Assembly: GCA_951406725.2 (NCBI GenBank)
Contig: OX597820.1
Coordinates: forward strand, 54,684,001 to 54,748,000
Length of the DNA stretch: 64,000 nucleotides
Direction of reading: 5' to 3'
Origin: Octopus vulgaris
Taxonomy: Eukaryota
The stretch's first letter is position 1. Each line of letters starts with the position of its first letter. Of this stretch, positions 1 through 14,900 are shown in pieces. The notes beneath the pieces are model-generated. The model was given only the letters and a program-made list of their open reading frames with translations, searched no databases and was not told where the DNA came from. The translations under genes and the position numbers were made by a program.

Positions 1-186
<186 letters not shown>

Positions 187-470
187 TTATAGTCAAAAAT
201 GAAAATTGGAAAGATATAAAGGATGAAGAACTGAAAAAAGAAATTAAACTTTTAGCTTAAGGTATTTTCGCACCTGAAATCACAAAATGTGTCTGAATAA
301 ACATTGCCAGACAGCAAATACAGACTCGGACATTGCTTAGAAAATAATTTCATTTTTAACTTCGTATATAGTACGCACTAGGGATTTTGACCTTTAAATT
401 TTTGGGGGAAAATGCGGATTATACTTGAGGATTTACGATACACCTGATAAACAACAAAGACAAGTGTCTA

Positions 471-659
<189 letters not shown>

Positions 660-1484
660 TTAAGAGAGATGACTTTGACATTTATCTTTTACTTGTTTCA
701 GTCATTGAACTGCAGCCATGCTGGGGCAATACTTTGAAAGATTTAGTCGAAATTACCCCCTGCCCCCAGTACTTATTTTTAAGTCTGATATTTGTTCTTT
801 CAGTTTCTTTTGCCAAACCACTAAGTTACAGAGATGTAAACAAACCAACACCAGTTGTCAAGAGGAGTGGGGAGATAAAGACTAAGAACCATATATATAT
901 ATATATACATACACACACATACATACACGACCAAAACGCCTCCCATCCAATGGACGATGCTGAGTTGTCAAACATTTAAAACAAATTTTCTCAAAACAAC
1001 TTGTCTGACCATTCCATAGGCCTCCCCTTTGAGAAACACTGATTTAACCTAAATTTGAGACACCGTGCATTTTTCTTGCATACGCATAGTATTGATCAAA
1101 ACAGCTGATGTAAATGCACGTACAAATGCACGGTCCCACGGTTTTATCGATCGCATTCTCAGCTGGAATCGATTTTTGTAATTTTTTCAAGACTTATACC
1201 TGCCCTGATACCGTCGGTATCTACATATCAAATTTGAGCACAATTGGATGGAGAATGCCCAAGATCCTAGAAGACACACACACAGACAGACAGAACAAAT
1301 TTTATATAATATATATATATATATATATATAGGACAAGCTATAAATAATAGTCATTACATATTTGTACTTTATTGGAGTAAGTTTTTTCCTTTATTTGAA
1401 TAAAAGGTACTTTTGTTAGATCCATTTCTGGATCCATTTCAGCAGAACACTGAAAGACCACAAATGGCTCTGATAAAAGTAGCA

Positions 1485-1693
1485 TTAACCCTTTTGTTAC
1501 TGTATTTATTTTGAGATGCTCTGTGTTTCTTTCAATTACTTTAAAATATAACAAAGAATTTAGTAAAATAACTTAGTTATCATTAAGCTAGTGTTAGGAA
1601 CATAAATTGTAACTAAGGTTTGGTGGAAGATTTTAATTCAGAACTTTTGAAAACAAGACATTTGTACTACAGAGCCAGAGCCGAAAGGGTTAA
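1485..1693. mobile_element. piggyBac-type MITE, family 1
   Basis: TTAA|CCCTTT...AAAGGG|TTAA; a near-identical copy in reverse orientation at 62667-62894 and a related copy at 58516-58741. Confidence 0.85.
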
Positions 1694-1942
1694 GTCATTC
1701 AACTTTTCTCAACTGGCCAATAGACTAATTAAGAAACCTATCAATAATGAACCTATAATGACAACTGGAAACAGTGGTAAGCCAAATTTACTCTAATAAA
1801 GGAAAAATATGTAATGACCATTATTTACAACTTGTATATCACAATGTAAAAAACAGTTTGACTGGAGTGCAACCACAGATTTACAATATAGAATGGAGAT
1901 GAACAACAAACTAGGACTCTGCTATAAGAATACTTGAAGTTA

Positions 1943-2328
1943 GGCACAGGAGTGGCTGTGTGGTAAGTAGCTTGCTTACCAACCACATGGTTCTGGGTTC
2001 AGTCCCACTGCATAGCACCTTGGGCAAGTGTCTTCTACAATAGCCTCAGGTCAACCAAAGCCTTGTGAGTAGATTTGGTAGATGGAAACTGAAAGAAGCC
2101 CGTTGTATATATGTTTATATATGTATGTGTATGTCCCCCACAACATCGCTTGACAACTGATGCTGGTGTGTTTACATTCCCGTAACTTAGTGGTTCAGCA
2201 AAAAGAGACCGATAGAATAAGTACTAGGCTTACAAAGAATAAGTCCTGGGGTGAATTTGCTTGACTAAAGGAGGTGCTCCAGCATGGCCACAGTCAAATG
2301 ACTGAAACAAGTAAAAGAGTAAAAGAGA
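1943..2328 (+). mobile_element. Full-length tRNA-headed SINE with LINE-derived 3' tail (many partial copies across the window)
   Basis: A-box-like tggctgtgtgg, B-box-like ggttcagtccc, caccttgggcaagtgtc core, tail ccagcatggccacagtcaaatgactgaaac plus (gtaaaaga)n. Confidence 0.85.
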
Positions 2329-2949
2329 ATCTAAATAATATTGTTAGCCTGGTGTGCATGCAGAGAGCTTATGAAGTATTTTTCCCAGATTGATAATCCT
2401 TTACCAATAACTAAGGTCATCCAGCCATAGAAACCATGCCAAATCAGACTGTAGTCTATTGCAGCTCCTCAGCTTGCCAACCCTGGTCAAACCATCCAAC
2501 CCATGCCAGCATGGACAACAGATGTTAAATGAGGAGATATATATATATACACACACATACAATGGGCTTCTTTCAGCTTCCATCTACCAAATACATCACT
2601 CACAAGGTTTTGGTCAGCCTAGAAACATAGAAGACACTTGTTCAAGGTAACACACAGTGGATCTGAACCAGAAATCATGTGGCTAAGAAGCAAACTCCTC
2701 AACCACACAGTCACACCTGCACCTCTGAGCTTATGCAATTGGAAACAAAAAAAAAATTTGTTTTTTTTTAAACATACTTCAAATAAAGCACATGGTTAGC
2801 AATTTTGAAGAAGGGAGATCAGTCAAAGCCATCAAGATGAAAGGCAAAGTTCATCTCAGCAGGATTTGAATTCAGAACAAAAAAAAAACAGAAGAAATGC
2901 TGCAAAATATTTTTTCCATTGCTCTAATGATTCTGTCAGTTTACCTTTC

Positions 2950-3535
2950 ATCATGATCATCATCATTTAATGCCGGTTGTCCATGCAGGCATGGGTTGGA
3001 CGGTTTGACCAGGGCTGGTAAGCTAGGGCAGGGTTGTACTATATTCCAGTCTGATTTGACATGGTTTCTACGGCTGGATACCCTTTCTAATGCCAACCAC
3101 TCGAAGAGTGTGATGAGTGCTTTTACGTTCCACCAGCACAGGTGCCAATTGTGTGACATCAGTATCTGCCACAACTATGATTTCACTTGGCTTGATGGGT
3201 CTTCAACTCAAGCACACCATATTGCCAAAGATCTGTCATTTGTCATTGCCTCCATGAGGACCAATGCTCAAAAGGTACTTTTTTATGTGCCACTGGTACA
3301 GGTGGTAGTTATGCAACACCAGCATCAGTGACATTGCCTCCATGAGGCCCAATGCTCAGAAGGTGCTTTTTACATGCTACCATCATGGGTGCCAATTATG
3401 TGACACTAGCATCGACCACAATTACTATTTCACTTGACTTGATAGTTCTTCTGAAGCACACCATAATGCCAAAGCTCTCAGTTACTAGTCATTGCCTCTG
3501 TGAGGCCCAATGTTCGAAGATTGTACTTCACCACC
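2950..3535 (-). mobile_element. 3' fragment of the RTE-type LINE family seen at 16370-18385
   Basis: Reverse complement matches the 3' region at 17700-18385, ending ccaacccatgcc..gcatggacaac..ttaaatgatgatg. Confidence 0.75.
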
Positions 3536-4381
3536 AACAGCAGTAATGACAACATATGTCAATACCCTAACATTCATTCACATGGTGTCAATTGAGAAAA
3601 AAAACATGTGTTGAAACAATGAAGGTGGTGACACAAATTATGATTCAAAGATACTTCAGTGAAGTAACTGAATTAGTATACAGATGACCATCATTCCTCA
3701 TATTTGTGAAAGACAAATTACAAGCATACCTCAACTTACATCATTTTAAGTTATGTCTTTTTTGACTATGTGTTATTCTTTTAAAGAAATTAACGTGCAA
3801 AAAATAAATCTCAATTTCAGTTAATTTATCCGACATTACACTGGTTTCAGTGAACATATTTAAAAGAATGAAAATTTAAAAAAGACACCTAAAAACCAAT
3901 ACTGAAATGGAAAATCAAATAAAATAAATGTGAAAATATGTACAAATTATTTAATAAAACAGACATAAGGCAATAAATATTTTGAAATAATTTTTCATGT
4001 TATATCAGTTTCTAAGTCAAGTCACATGTCTGGGAACCAATAACCAATGTAAGTTGAGATATGGCTGTATAACTTCTTCAGTGAAGTAACTTAAAAAAAA
4101 AAAGAAAAAAATCTATATTTTTCCCCTACTTTGCAGGTTGTATTATGTTACTAACCTAATTTCTGACCAACGTATTAGCCAAGGACACCAGACAGCTTGA
4201 TATTGTATTGTAAAATAGAGAAAGAGGAAGATGATAGTGGTGCACATTAAAAATCCATTATTGGAAAATACACCATAATACATTGGTAAACAAGGCCACG
4301 TAAGATCTACATAAGTTTAAATACATATCAGCTTTGACTGACATGTGTATAAAACATTCATCATATTCAAATCATCAACAT

Positions 4382-4610
4382 TTAACCCTTTAGCATTTAA
4401 ACCAGCAGTATCCAGCCCAAATATTCCACCTAATTCTACCAAATTGGCTAGAACTGACCTCTCACACCTATCCTACAATGTCATTCCAAAAATATATTAT
4501 CACACCACTGAAATCTTGAAAAATTATAAGATCATACAGGATAAATTCAAAAATGATGTGAATAAATAAACATTATATTTGATAAAATAACCTGAATACT
4601 AAAGAGTTAC
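4382..4610. mobile_element. piggyBac-type MITE, family 2 (other copies ~6055-6280 inverted, 7252-7471, 18735-18958, 63841-end)
   Basis: ttaaCCCTTTAGCATT...AATGCTAAAGGGttaa-type termini and shared internal sequence. Confidence 0.8.
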
Positions 4611-5158
4611 TGACCACTTTTTGCACGAGTCAGACAGAATTTGTAGAGGCAGATAGTCTACAGCCAGGTACCTTTCCTCTTGCCAACCTTCAGTTTCTAT
4701 GCAACAAAATATTTTTCTATAGCAAGGGATATTTTTCATGGAAGTCGGGAAATTAGCAACATTGCTTGCATGAGGCAAGGGTGTACACATGGGATCTTTA
4801 TCTTGTTAGTTACTCAGTGACCTCACCAGTGCTGGTACCACATGAAAAGCACTCAGTCCACTCTGTAAAGTAGTTGGCATCTAGCTGTAAAATCTATGCA
4901 ACAACTATGGCAGTGGAGCTTGGTATGATCCCCTGGCTTACCTGTTCCTGTGAAGCCATCCAACCCATGACAGCATGGAAGACAGAGGTTAAATGATGAT
5001 GACATGACAGATTCTTTTAGTTTTTAACCTACCAAATCCACTTACAAAGCTTTGATCAGCCTGGCGTTATGGCAGAAGATGCTTTCCCAAGGTGCCATGC
5101 ATTGGGACTGAACCCAAGGCCACATAGTTGGGACACAGGCTTCTTAACCTCACAGCTA

Positions 5159-5323
<165 letters not shown>

Positions 5324-5818
5324 CTACAGAAGCATAAAATTTTTCAAAATTAGTTAATGAGTTTTTTTATATGGCTGTTCGTGCCAACAGTGATAGATTC
5401 TCAGTACAATGCATAACTAATCTTTTGAATCCTATGGTATCTTGTTGGTAAAGCCCAACAACCAGTCTTATATTACTTAGCAGATCTTCCCCTGCCCAAC
5501 AGCAGTTTTCCATGCATCAGATACCTTTACACATTAAACAGCTATGAATCACAATTACTGAGTTCCAGGCCATCTATAACCAAGTAGACAGACATATGAT
5601 CAAATACATTCCAGCCATGACCAGTCTGTCTAATATTGTATCTAATGCATCTTTTCTTGTCCAAGACAGTGAGATCTGATCTGAAGATTTCAAAGCTATT
5701 TTTAACAAGTGACCATAGATAAGTTCCTTCAATGGTTTGTACATTTGCCTGAACAGTTAACCACAATGGTTAGTAATTCTTATTAGTGACACTAGTTATT
5801 TAATTACATCCTATCTTA

Positions 5819-6010
<192 letters not shown>

Positions 6011-7721
6011 TCAATTGGTTTCTAAATAAATTGAGTAATAGACTGCAGCAACAAATACCTTTAGCATTCAAGACTACTCTGTCAAATGTAACGTTTGTTT
6101 ATTCAAAATGTTCTGAATTGATCATGCAATATCTCATAGCTTTGAGATTTAGATGGTGTGATTGCTTGTTCTTAGAATGGCATTGCAAAGGAGGTGTGAC
6201 AAGTAAGATCAGGCCAGTTTGAACATAAAATAGGTAGAATATTTGGGATGGATGTAGCCAGTTTAAATGCGAATGAGTTAGCGTAGTTATATGTAGTAGT
6301 ATTTACAAGTAGTACAGTATGGTTGAATGATTAAAAAGTTAGTTTTGCAACCATATCTGAGGTTTAATCTCACTGCATGGAATCTTAGATAAATGTCATT
6401 TTTGATAGGCTCAGGTCAACCCAAACCTTGCTAATGAAACCTATTGGGTGGATTGTACCTGTAATTCAAAACATATAGCCTTGTCACACACTTTCATGCA
6501 GATTCTACCTTAGAATTACAGAACATATGTCTGTCAAATGCTCAACCACTAACACATTAATTCAGTAGCACGTAAAAGCACCCACTACACTCTCGGAGTG
6601 GTTGGCATTAGGAAGAGCATCCAGCTGTATAAACTCTGCCAGATCAAGATTGAAGCCTGGTGCAGCCCTCAGTCATTCACCAGCCCTCAGTCATTCATCC
6701 AACCCGTGCTAGCATGGAAAGCGGACGTTAAATGATGATGAGATGATGATGTTCAGTTGATTGAACAACTAAATCCTCATTGCTGACTGACAGAGATCCA
6801 CTAACACTAGCCTCAATCATACAGTGCCACAAACAGTTGTGAACAGTGAAATGGTTTATGCGGTGACAACAGGACTAACAATAGCAATTTACTCTTTACC
6901 TACTCTGCATTGATACTCTGTAATTATTACCCAAGCATATTCTTGTTTACATTTTAATAAGTAACCATCTGTTATTAAAAGCCTAGAGTTGTCAGTTATT
7001 AAAGTGTTAGATTAAATGCCATATAAGCATTTTCTCTGGCTTTCTGCACTCTAAGTTGAAATCTTGCTGAGGGCAACTTTCCCTTTCATGATTTTATGGA
7101 GGATAACATAAATAAGCAATCACAATACTATACCAAGGTTGTCACAACATGGCTGTTCCACTGGGGCAAAGGATGGGATCATCAAGAATATGTTCCACTG
7201 GAGCAAGGGTTGGAACATCAAGAATGTGTTTTCATTTTCTCATAAACTACCTTAACCCATCAGCATTTGAACTGGCTATATCCAGCTCTATCTGTCTTAT
7301 GTTCAAACTAACTAGATCTGTCCTCTCACACCTAGCCTACAATGTAATTCTAAAAATAAACAATCACATCATTGAAATTTGGAAGCTACAAGGTAATGCA
7401 AAATTAATTCAAAATGATCCGAATAAATAATCATTATGTTTGACAGAGCACTCTGAATGCTGAAGGGTTAAGTGTATGTTAGATCTATCAAATTACTGAA
7501 AAAAGGTCACCATGACAAAACCACTCAGTTTTGTTTTGATAGTTAAGTCCTAGTGCCATACCCTTTTAAATACAATAAAAATCCTGTGATAGCTGGTTTC
7601 TATCTAAAGATAAATGACATTCTTGGGAACAGACAAGTTCCAGTATGATACTAAAAAGCAATCAACATCCAAATAAATTCTTTTCATTTCATTTCTAAAA
7701 AATGTTCAAAAGTCGATTTTA

Positions 7722-7841
<120 letters not shown>

Positions 7842-9460
7842 TCAAATGAACATTTTACAAAACATTTACTTACCCATAAGATAAATTTTTTAAATGTTTT
7901 TTCATTAAATCATAACACTAGAGGACAATTCAGTATTACAAAAAAAGTATTTTAAACTGATTCACTGATGTAATATTATCAAAGAAGTTACTGACAGTGC
8001 CCCAGCATGGCTGTGACTTCTGGGCTAAAACACATAAAAAAATATTTTGTGCAAGTGTGTGTACACATATACTTTTGGTATTTCAAAAACTGGGGGGTTT
8101 TGGGGGAGTTTTCTTTACACTCCTATGGGTAGCATAGTTTCTTTGTTGGAATCATCATCATCATTGTTTAACGTCCATTTTCCATGCTGGCATGGGTTGG
8201 ACAGTTTGACTAAGGACTGGCAAGCCAGAAGACTGCACCAGGTTCCAATCTGATTTGGCAAGGTTTCTACAGTTGGATGCCTTTCCTAACACCAACCACT
8301 CAGAGTGTAATGGGTGCTTTTTACATGCCACCAGCACAGGGGCCAATCCGGTGACACTGGCATCAGTAATGCTTGAATGGTGCATATTTTTAAAGATGGA
8401 GATATTTCCTACTGCTCACAACCTCATCTAAGGCAATTGAAGGATTAAAACCAACCAAAAAGACTTTTTTTTTTCATATCCCTCACGTAATCAAAGCTCA
8501 TAAATCCAAAACACTAGAATGGTTTACCCTCAGTAGAGCTACACCAGTATAAAACAACTGGAGAATGTCACCCTACAACTACAACACATGCAAGATCACC
8601 ATCAGAAAAGCAAAATTATCACATAGCCAGCAACTCTACCTGTCCCCCAAATTACAATAGAACCTTATGATTCCCTTACAGAATCCCCTTACTCAAAACT
8701 TCTCAACCAAGATGGCTATTAACAATATTCACTTAAAAGAAATACTTCTACTTTTGCTATCCATTTTACATCTACATTGCACGTTCTCAACAAAGCTAAT
8801 AAATTCCAACCATTCATGTCTCTATCACACCACTAAATATACACTGTCATCACATATAAAATTCCAATAGCTGAAACCCAACAAGGCAACTGATCTGTAG
8901 CTTCCTTGTAAAATCACTTCATCACTTGCATATCTCCTTCCCCAATACTTATTTAGTTTTTGTAAAACCAGAATAATCAGAAACAAATAATTGTCATTGA
9001 ACAGTGGTTTATCAACCTCGAGAAGTTGGGCAAAAACAAATTTGATGCATTTGACATTAACAAAGCCTTTAAGTGTATCTGGCACAAGAATTTCCAAGCA
9101 AACTTTCTGTGGTTTCTATCCATCTTATTTCATGGATCAAAAGCTTCCTGTAAAACTGCAAAAACTGACCCTAGTACTTATTTTTTTAAGTACATATTTC
9201 GTCAATCTTGTTTGCCAAACTGCTAAGTTACAGGGATGTAAACAAACCAACACAGTTGTCCAGCAGTGTTCAGAGGAACAATCACAAAGACACATAATAG
9301 GCCTTCACATTGTTTCCACCAATCAAATTTACTCATAAGGCATTGATTGACCTGAGATTATAGTAGAAAACATTTGCCCACGGTGCTGTGCAGTGGGACT
9401 GAACCTGAAACCAAGCAGTTACAAAGTGAGCTTCTTATTCACACAGCCATGCTTGCACAA

Positions 9461-9498
<38 letters not shown>

Positions 9499-9499
9499 T

Positions 9500-9610
9500 T
9501 ATTACTGCTGAAGGCCAGTTTATAGGGTTACCCTGAGTTTCTCACCATAAAGGTACCCTTCATGGCAAGAAACCCAGGATGACCCTATAAAATGGCTTTC
9601 ACCAGTAATA
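9500..9610. repeat. Imperfect ~55-bp-arm palindrome (hairpin) centred on GGTACC
   Basis: Left arm tattactgctgaaggccagtttatagggttaccctgagtttctc.. matches the reverse complement of the right arm ..gaaacccaggatgaccctataaaatggctttcaccagtaata. Confidence 0.85.
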
Positions 9611-9926
9611 GACTGCTCTACTTCTTAGTGTGTGCTTCTCCGGATTTATGTTTTTCTAAAAAAAACTTATCTATATATATATATATATATATAGGTGGAG
9701 GAGTGTAGAGAAGTTTGTGGCTATAGATTAGATTCAGCACCTTGAACAAATATCTTCTACTTTATCCTTGGCCCAACCAAAGCCTTCTGAGTGAATATGG
9801 TAGACAGAAGCTAACAGTCTGTTGTGTGTGTGTGTGTGTGTGTGTGTGAAAGTACTTGTGCACCTAATTGTTATGTGTGTGTGTTTCTAAACTTTCTCAA
9901 CTTCTTACACTAAAAAAAATTTTTTA

Positions 9927-10133
<207 letters not shown>

Positions 10134-11789
10134 TTACTTCAACTTTATCAATAAAGCACTATAAAAAAAAATCACAGAGGCAGGAAACAAACTTTAGAGA
10201 AAAGGAATAATGGTGTGTTGTGACATTCATGGCTTGTTTCAATAGTATTTAAACAAATTTCAAATGTCAGGACCCTACTCAATAATTGAAACTAGACTAT
10301 GTACTCAGTTTGCCAAGATCGTAGGTTTAAAGTAATCGTGGGGAAGGAATACACAGATAATGCAATACTGCTCATCTGCCATTGATGTGTAACAATACAA
10401 GTATTACAAACATGTACCATCCATACACAACATGAAAGAGCTGCTCAGATAATATGGTACTGCACACATGTGCCATCCACACATAGCTTGTGATGCAAAG
10501 ATGATGCAATATTGCAAACATGTGCTATCCGTACACAGCATGAAATTTCAAACTGAAATCACATGAAAGCAAAACAAAAGGTTTCAACCACATGGCTACA
10601 CATGTACCTTTTACTTGAATTAAAAGCATTTATGCTTCCTTACTACTGTTGATATTCTCAAATACTTACTAGTTCAAGATCCCTTGCGAAAGGATTTGCA
10701 TTCAACAGTTCCCCCACATTACTGCCATGTCAATGTCTTCTCCATACCCATGAGAGGATTTCAGCTCTATTATGGTAAGATGAAACACTTAACTGTACAC
10801 TACTTCTACTGTCAACAAATGAAGTGAATGGCACTTATATACATACAGCTACATGTGCTAGGCTAACATGAGTTAAGTGGCTTGCTCAAGCCCACAACCA
10901 GTAGCTGCAAATGAACTTTGATATTATAGCAGAGAGGTTTGCTGTCTACAGATTGATTCTGTCACATACAACACATTCATGATTGTTGTATATGATACAA
11001 GATTTGAAGAATTAAACATAGCCATCCATCCCTCACAAGCAAATATGGCTTAGAAATAAATCCATGCTTTCACTACAGACATAGATATCCACTTGATCCC
11101 TTCACCAGTGTAATATGCAGAATGTGACAAATAGAGGGAGAGAGGGGTGCACCAACACCAGGCTGATCCTCAATTCAGCAAAGTGGAGGAATGTGGAAAG
11201 AAGTGCCTTACCCAACAAACAACATGCTAACTGGTCAAGGAATTGAATCTACACCTTATGATAAGCTGAACAAACTAACCACTAGACAATATTCCGTTAC
11301 AAAACTTCAATAAGTTATTGAGGCTATGGATACACAGACACTATAGTTAAAAAAAATGTTTTTATGTTGACACAAGGCCAACAAATTCAAAGGGAAATAG
11401 TAGACAATCAACCACTGAAATGGCTGTTATTTATTTCAACAGCTCAAGAAGGAATAGAAGTGAAAGTCAGTCCTGGCAGGATCTGACTGAACAAAAAACA
11501 TATGGTCATGAAACAAGACTCCATCAGCCCAGTGGTCAACCCTTCTGCTGCAACCCCCACAACCTTTGAAACACAAAGAAAATATAGAATTAATTATAAC
11601 ATTTACAATATTACCACTAATGTTACAAATAATAATAATAATGATGATAATCCTTTCTACTATAGGCATAAGACCTGAAATTTTACAGAAGAGGGTTAGT
11701 CTATTGCATCAGCCCTAGTACTAAACTGGTACTTATTTAATTGACCCCGAAAGGATGAAAGGTAAATGCTGCTAATATAAATAATAGTT

Positions 11790-11973
11790 TCAAGTTTTGG
11801 CATGAAGCCAGCAATTTTGGGTAGAGGGGTAAAGTTGACTAAATCGACCCCAGTGCTCAACTGGTACTTCTTTTATTGACTACAAAAGGCTGAAAAGCAA
11901 AGTTGATCCTGACAGCATTTGGGCTCAGAACATGAAGACAGACGAAATGCTGCTAAGCATTTTGCTTGGCATG
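11790..11973 (-). mobile_element. tRNA-derived SINE body, split by the LINE; its head lies at ~15347-15373
   Basis: Joining 11973 to 15347 restores the sequence seen unbroken at ~46020-46218, 53670-53880 and 60413-60628. Confidence 0.85.
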
Positions 11974-14900
11974 ATTGATTGATTGATTGATTCTAGTTTC
12001 AGCTTATGAGCTGTGGCCATGCTGGGGCACCGCCATTTGGTGTTGCTACTTGGTTTCACTTCATGGAGGCTTTCTAGCAACTGCTATTTGGTGCATGAGA
12101 GAGTTTGATGCAGCTGCCCTCATCTGCCCCTCCTGCCGTGAAGTTGGTTCATCTGGGACACCTGACGGGAAGAGATCCAGCTCCATTTTAAAGACATCTG
12201 TATCCACCCCATGCAGGTCTCTCAGGTTCTTCGGGAGGATATTGAAGAGCTGTGGGCCTCGGAAGCCCAGGCTATCACAGAATCTTGTCCTACATCTTGA
12301 TGGCAAGTTTGGAGTCCTAGGCACCACGCAGTGGCGCCCAGTTCTGGCATTTGCGTAACTCTCGATGCCAAAGTTCAGGACACTTCCCTCCAGGATCTTC
12401 CAGATGTATATTATGGCATATCTTTCCCGCCTACGCTCCAGGGAATATAATTTTAATCTCTTGAGTCTTTCCCAGTAGCTTACATTCTGCATAGAGGCTA
12501 TCTTCTTCGTGTAGCTTCGTTGGATCGCCTCAAGTTCTGTGATCAACTTGACACTGGATGGTGACCATAGCTGAGAGCAATAGTCAAAGTGGCTTAGGAC
12601 AAGTGTCTTCCAGAGGACCATCATGGTTTCTTGTTCTCTTGTTCTAAGAATCCATCCAGCCAGCCGTCTGCATTTCATTGTCAGTTTAGCAACATGTACA
12701 TGAAAGGTCACGTCATCACTCATGTGAATACCCAGGTCACGCACTGATTGTGCCTCTGGGATTGCAATCCCTCCGGGTCCAGTGTATTCCTTGGGTATTG
12801 CATTCAGTTTTGCATGCTGATAGTATAAAGCTTGAAACTTTTCAGCATTGAACTGCATGCTATTCTTTTCAGCCCACTTGTATATTTCGTCCAGCTCATA
12901 TTGCAGGTGCCTAGTGTCTTCAGGGTTCTGTATTGCCTGTGAAACTTTTGTATCATCTGCATAACTTGTGATCGTGGCTCTCCGCGTGGCTGAGGGCATG
13001 TCTGAGAGGGCCATTATGAACAGTAGTGGTCCCAAAACAGTGCCCTGTGGAACACCGCTCACTATTTGCGTGCTGATGGAAGTGGCCCCATTGGCTACTA
13101 CCACCTGACTTCTATTCTTCAGAAAGTCGTGAAGCCATTCTCCTAGTTTTCCAACTATGCCAAGATCACGCAGTTTGTGACATATCATTCCATGATCGAC
13201 TTTATCGAAGGCCTTTGCGAAGTCGAGATATATGACTTCCACATTTGAGTGGTTGAGCAGTTGTTTCAGCACCCAGTCATAGTGCTGCAGGAGCTGAGTT
13301 AAGCAGCTTCTTCCTGGTCGGAAACCATGTTGGGTGTCAGGCAGCAAGTCATTTTCTTCAAGGAAGGTGATTAGTTTCCTTCTGACTATTCGTTCCATGA
13401 CCTTGCTGATGTGTGAGGTCAGAGAGATAGGTCTGTAGTTCTTGGCCTCCGCTCTGCTACCTCCTTTATGAATAGGGCATATTTTACCTTCCTTCAGTTT
13501 TCTTGGAAGTTTGCCAGCTGCAAGGAAGCTCTGAAAGAGGAACTGCAGTGGTCTTGCTAAGACTCTCTTACATACTTTTAGGAGGATTGCCGGGAATCCA
13601 TCGGGGCCAATAGCTGAGTCTATTTTCATTTCATCTATAGCCTTTATTACATCGTCTTCCTTTATATCGATGTAATTTATCGTCGCCGCCTCTGATTCTA
13701 TATCTGCAGTGGTAAAGAAGTCAGTTGGATTGCTGATTTGGAAATGCCCAAGGGGTGGAGTGAAAACACTCTTGAATTGTTCATTCAGTATTTCACTTAC
13801 CCTCATTGGTTTTCCTGTGAGTGTGCCATCCTTTTCAAGGAGTGGCCCTATCCTACAGTGCACCGTAGCTGTTTCTTTGGCATACCTGTAGAAAGCTCTG
13901 GGGTTAGTTTTTATGTTGTCTATAGCCCAGGCTTCTTTGTCTGCTCTTTCCTTCTCATGGGAGAGTTGCAGACAATTTTCAATTTCCAACAGTTTTATTT
14001 TCAGGCGGGACTTTTCACTGCTTTCAATTTGTTTGTTTAGGCGATTTGAAATTTTTGTACGCCGTCTCATTAAAATTTTCCTCTCTCTGGGGATTTTGTT
14101 CTTGTGTACAGTGGCCTTTCTCTCTGGGACACATTTGTAGCATATGGCTTGCATTACAGACATGAATTGTTGAAGTATCATGTCGATGTCCGGCGAGGAG
14201 AGACATTCAGGCCAGTTTTGTTTGAGGATCTCTTTCTCAATTTGTTTCCAGTTTGCCTTATTGAAGTTCAAGCTGGAAAGATTCTGAGGGTTTCTTGTAG
14301 GCTGCATGTCCGTGCTCTCTTTTGGCCCGTACATGGTCAGCTCTACCATGTTGTGATCCGAGAGTAGTGTCGGTGTCACTTTCACATTGTGGATGAGATC
14401 CATATTATTTGTGAAGCAGAGATCCAGTGTGTTACCTGCTCTGGTTGGTTGGAGTATTACTTGCTCCATGTACAGGGTGTTGGTGAGGTTCAGGAGGGAC
14501 CTCGCCTGTCCTCGTTCACATCTTGTCATTCCTGGGAGAGAAAGGCCCTCGGGCCATCTGACATTCGGTAGATTGAAGTCTCCCATGAGAAGTACACTTA
14601 TGTGTTGTTCTAATGTGGTTAGAACTTCTATTTTTAAAAGGCAGTCCTCAAACTTGCCCATATGACTTGGGGCATCTGGAGGGCGATATGTAGCACACAC
14701 AACTACATCAAGTTGCCTTATGTGTACAATTAGTGTGTCACACACCGAGTTTGAGTATGACAAAAGGACCTGGGGTGTGAGGTCCCCACGGATGTACATA
14801 GCAACTCCTCCATGACTCCTTTCTTTCCTGTCGGTCCGTAGTACAACATACTGTGGTATGTGTAATTCCGCATCTGCTATGTCCGGTTTCAGATGCGTTT

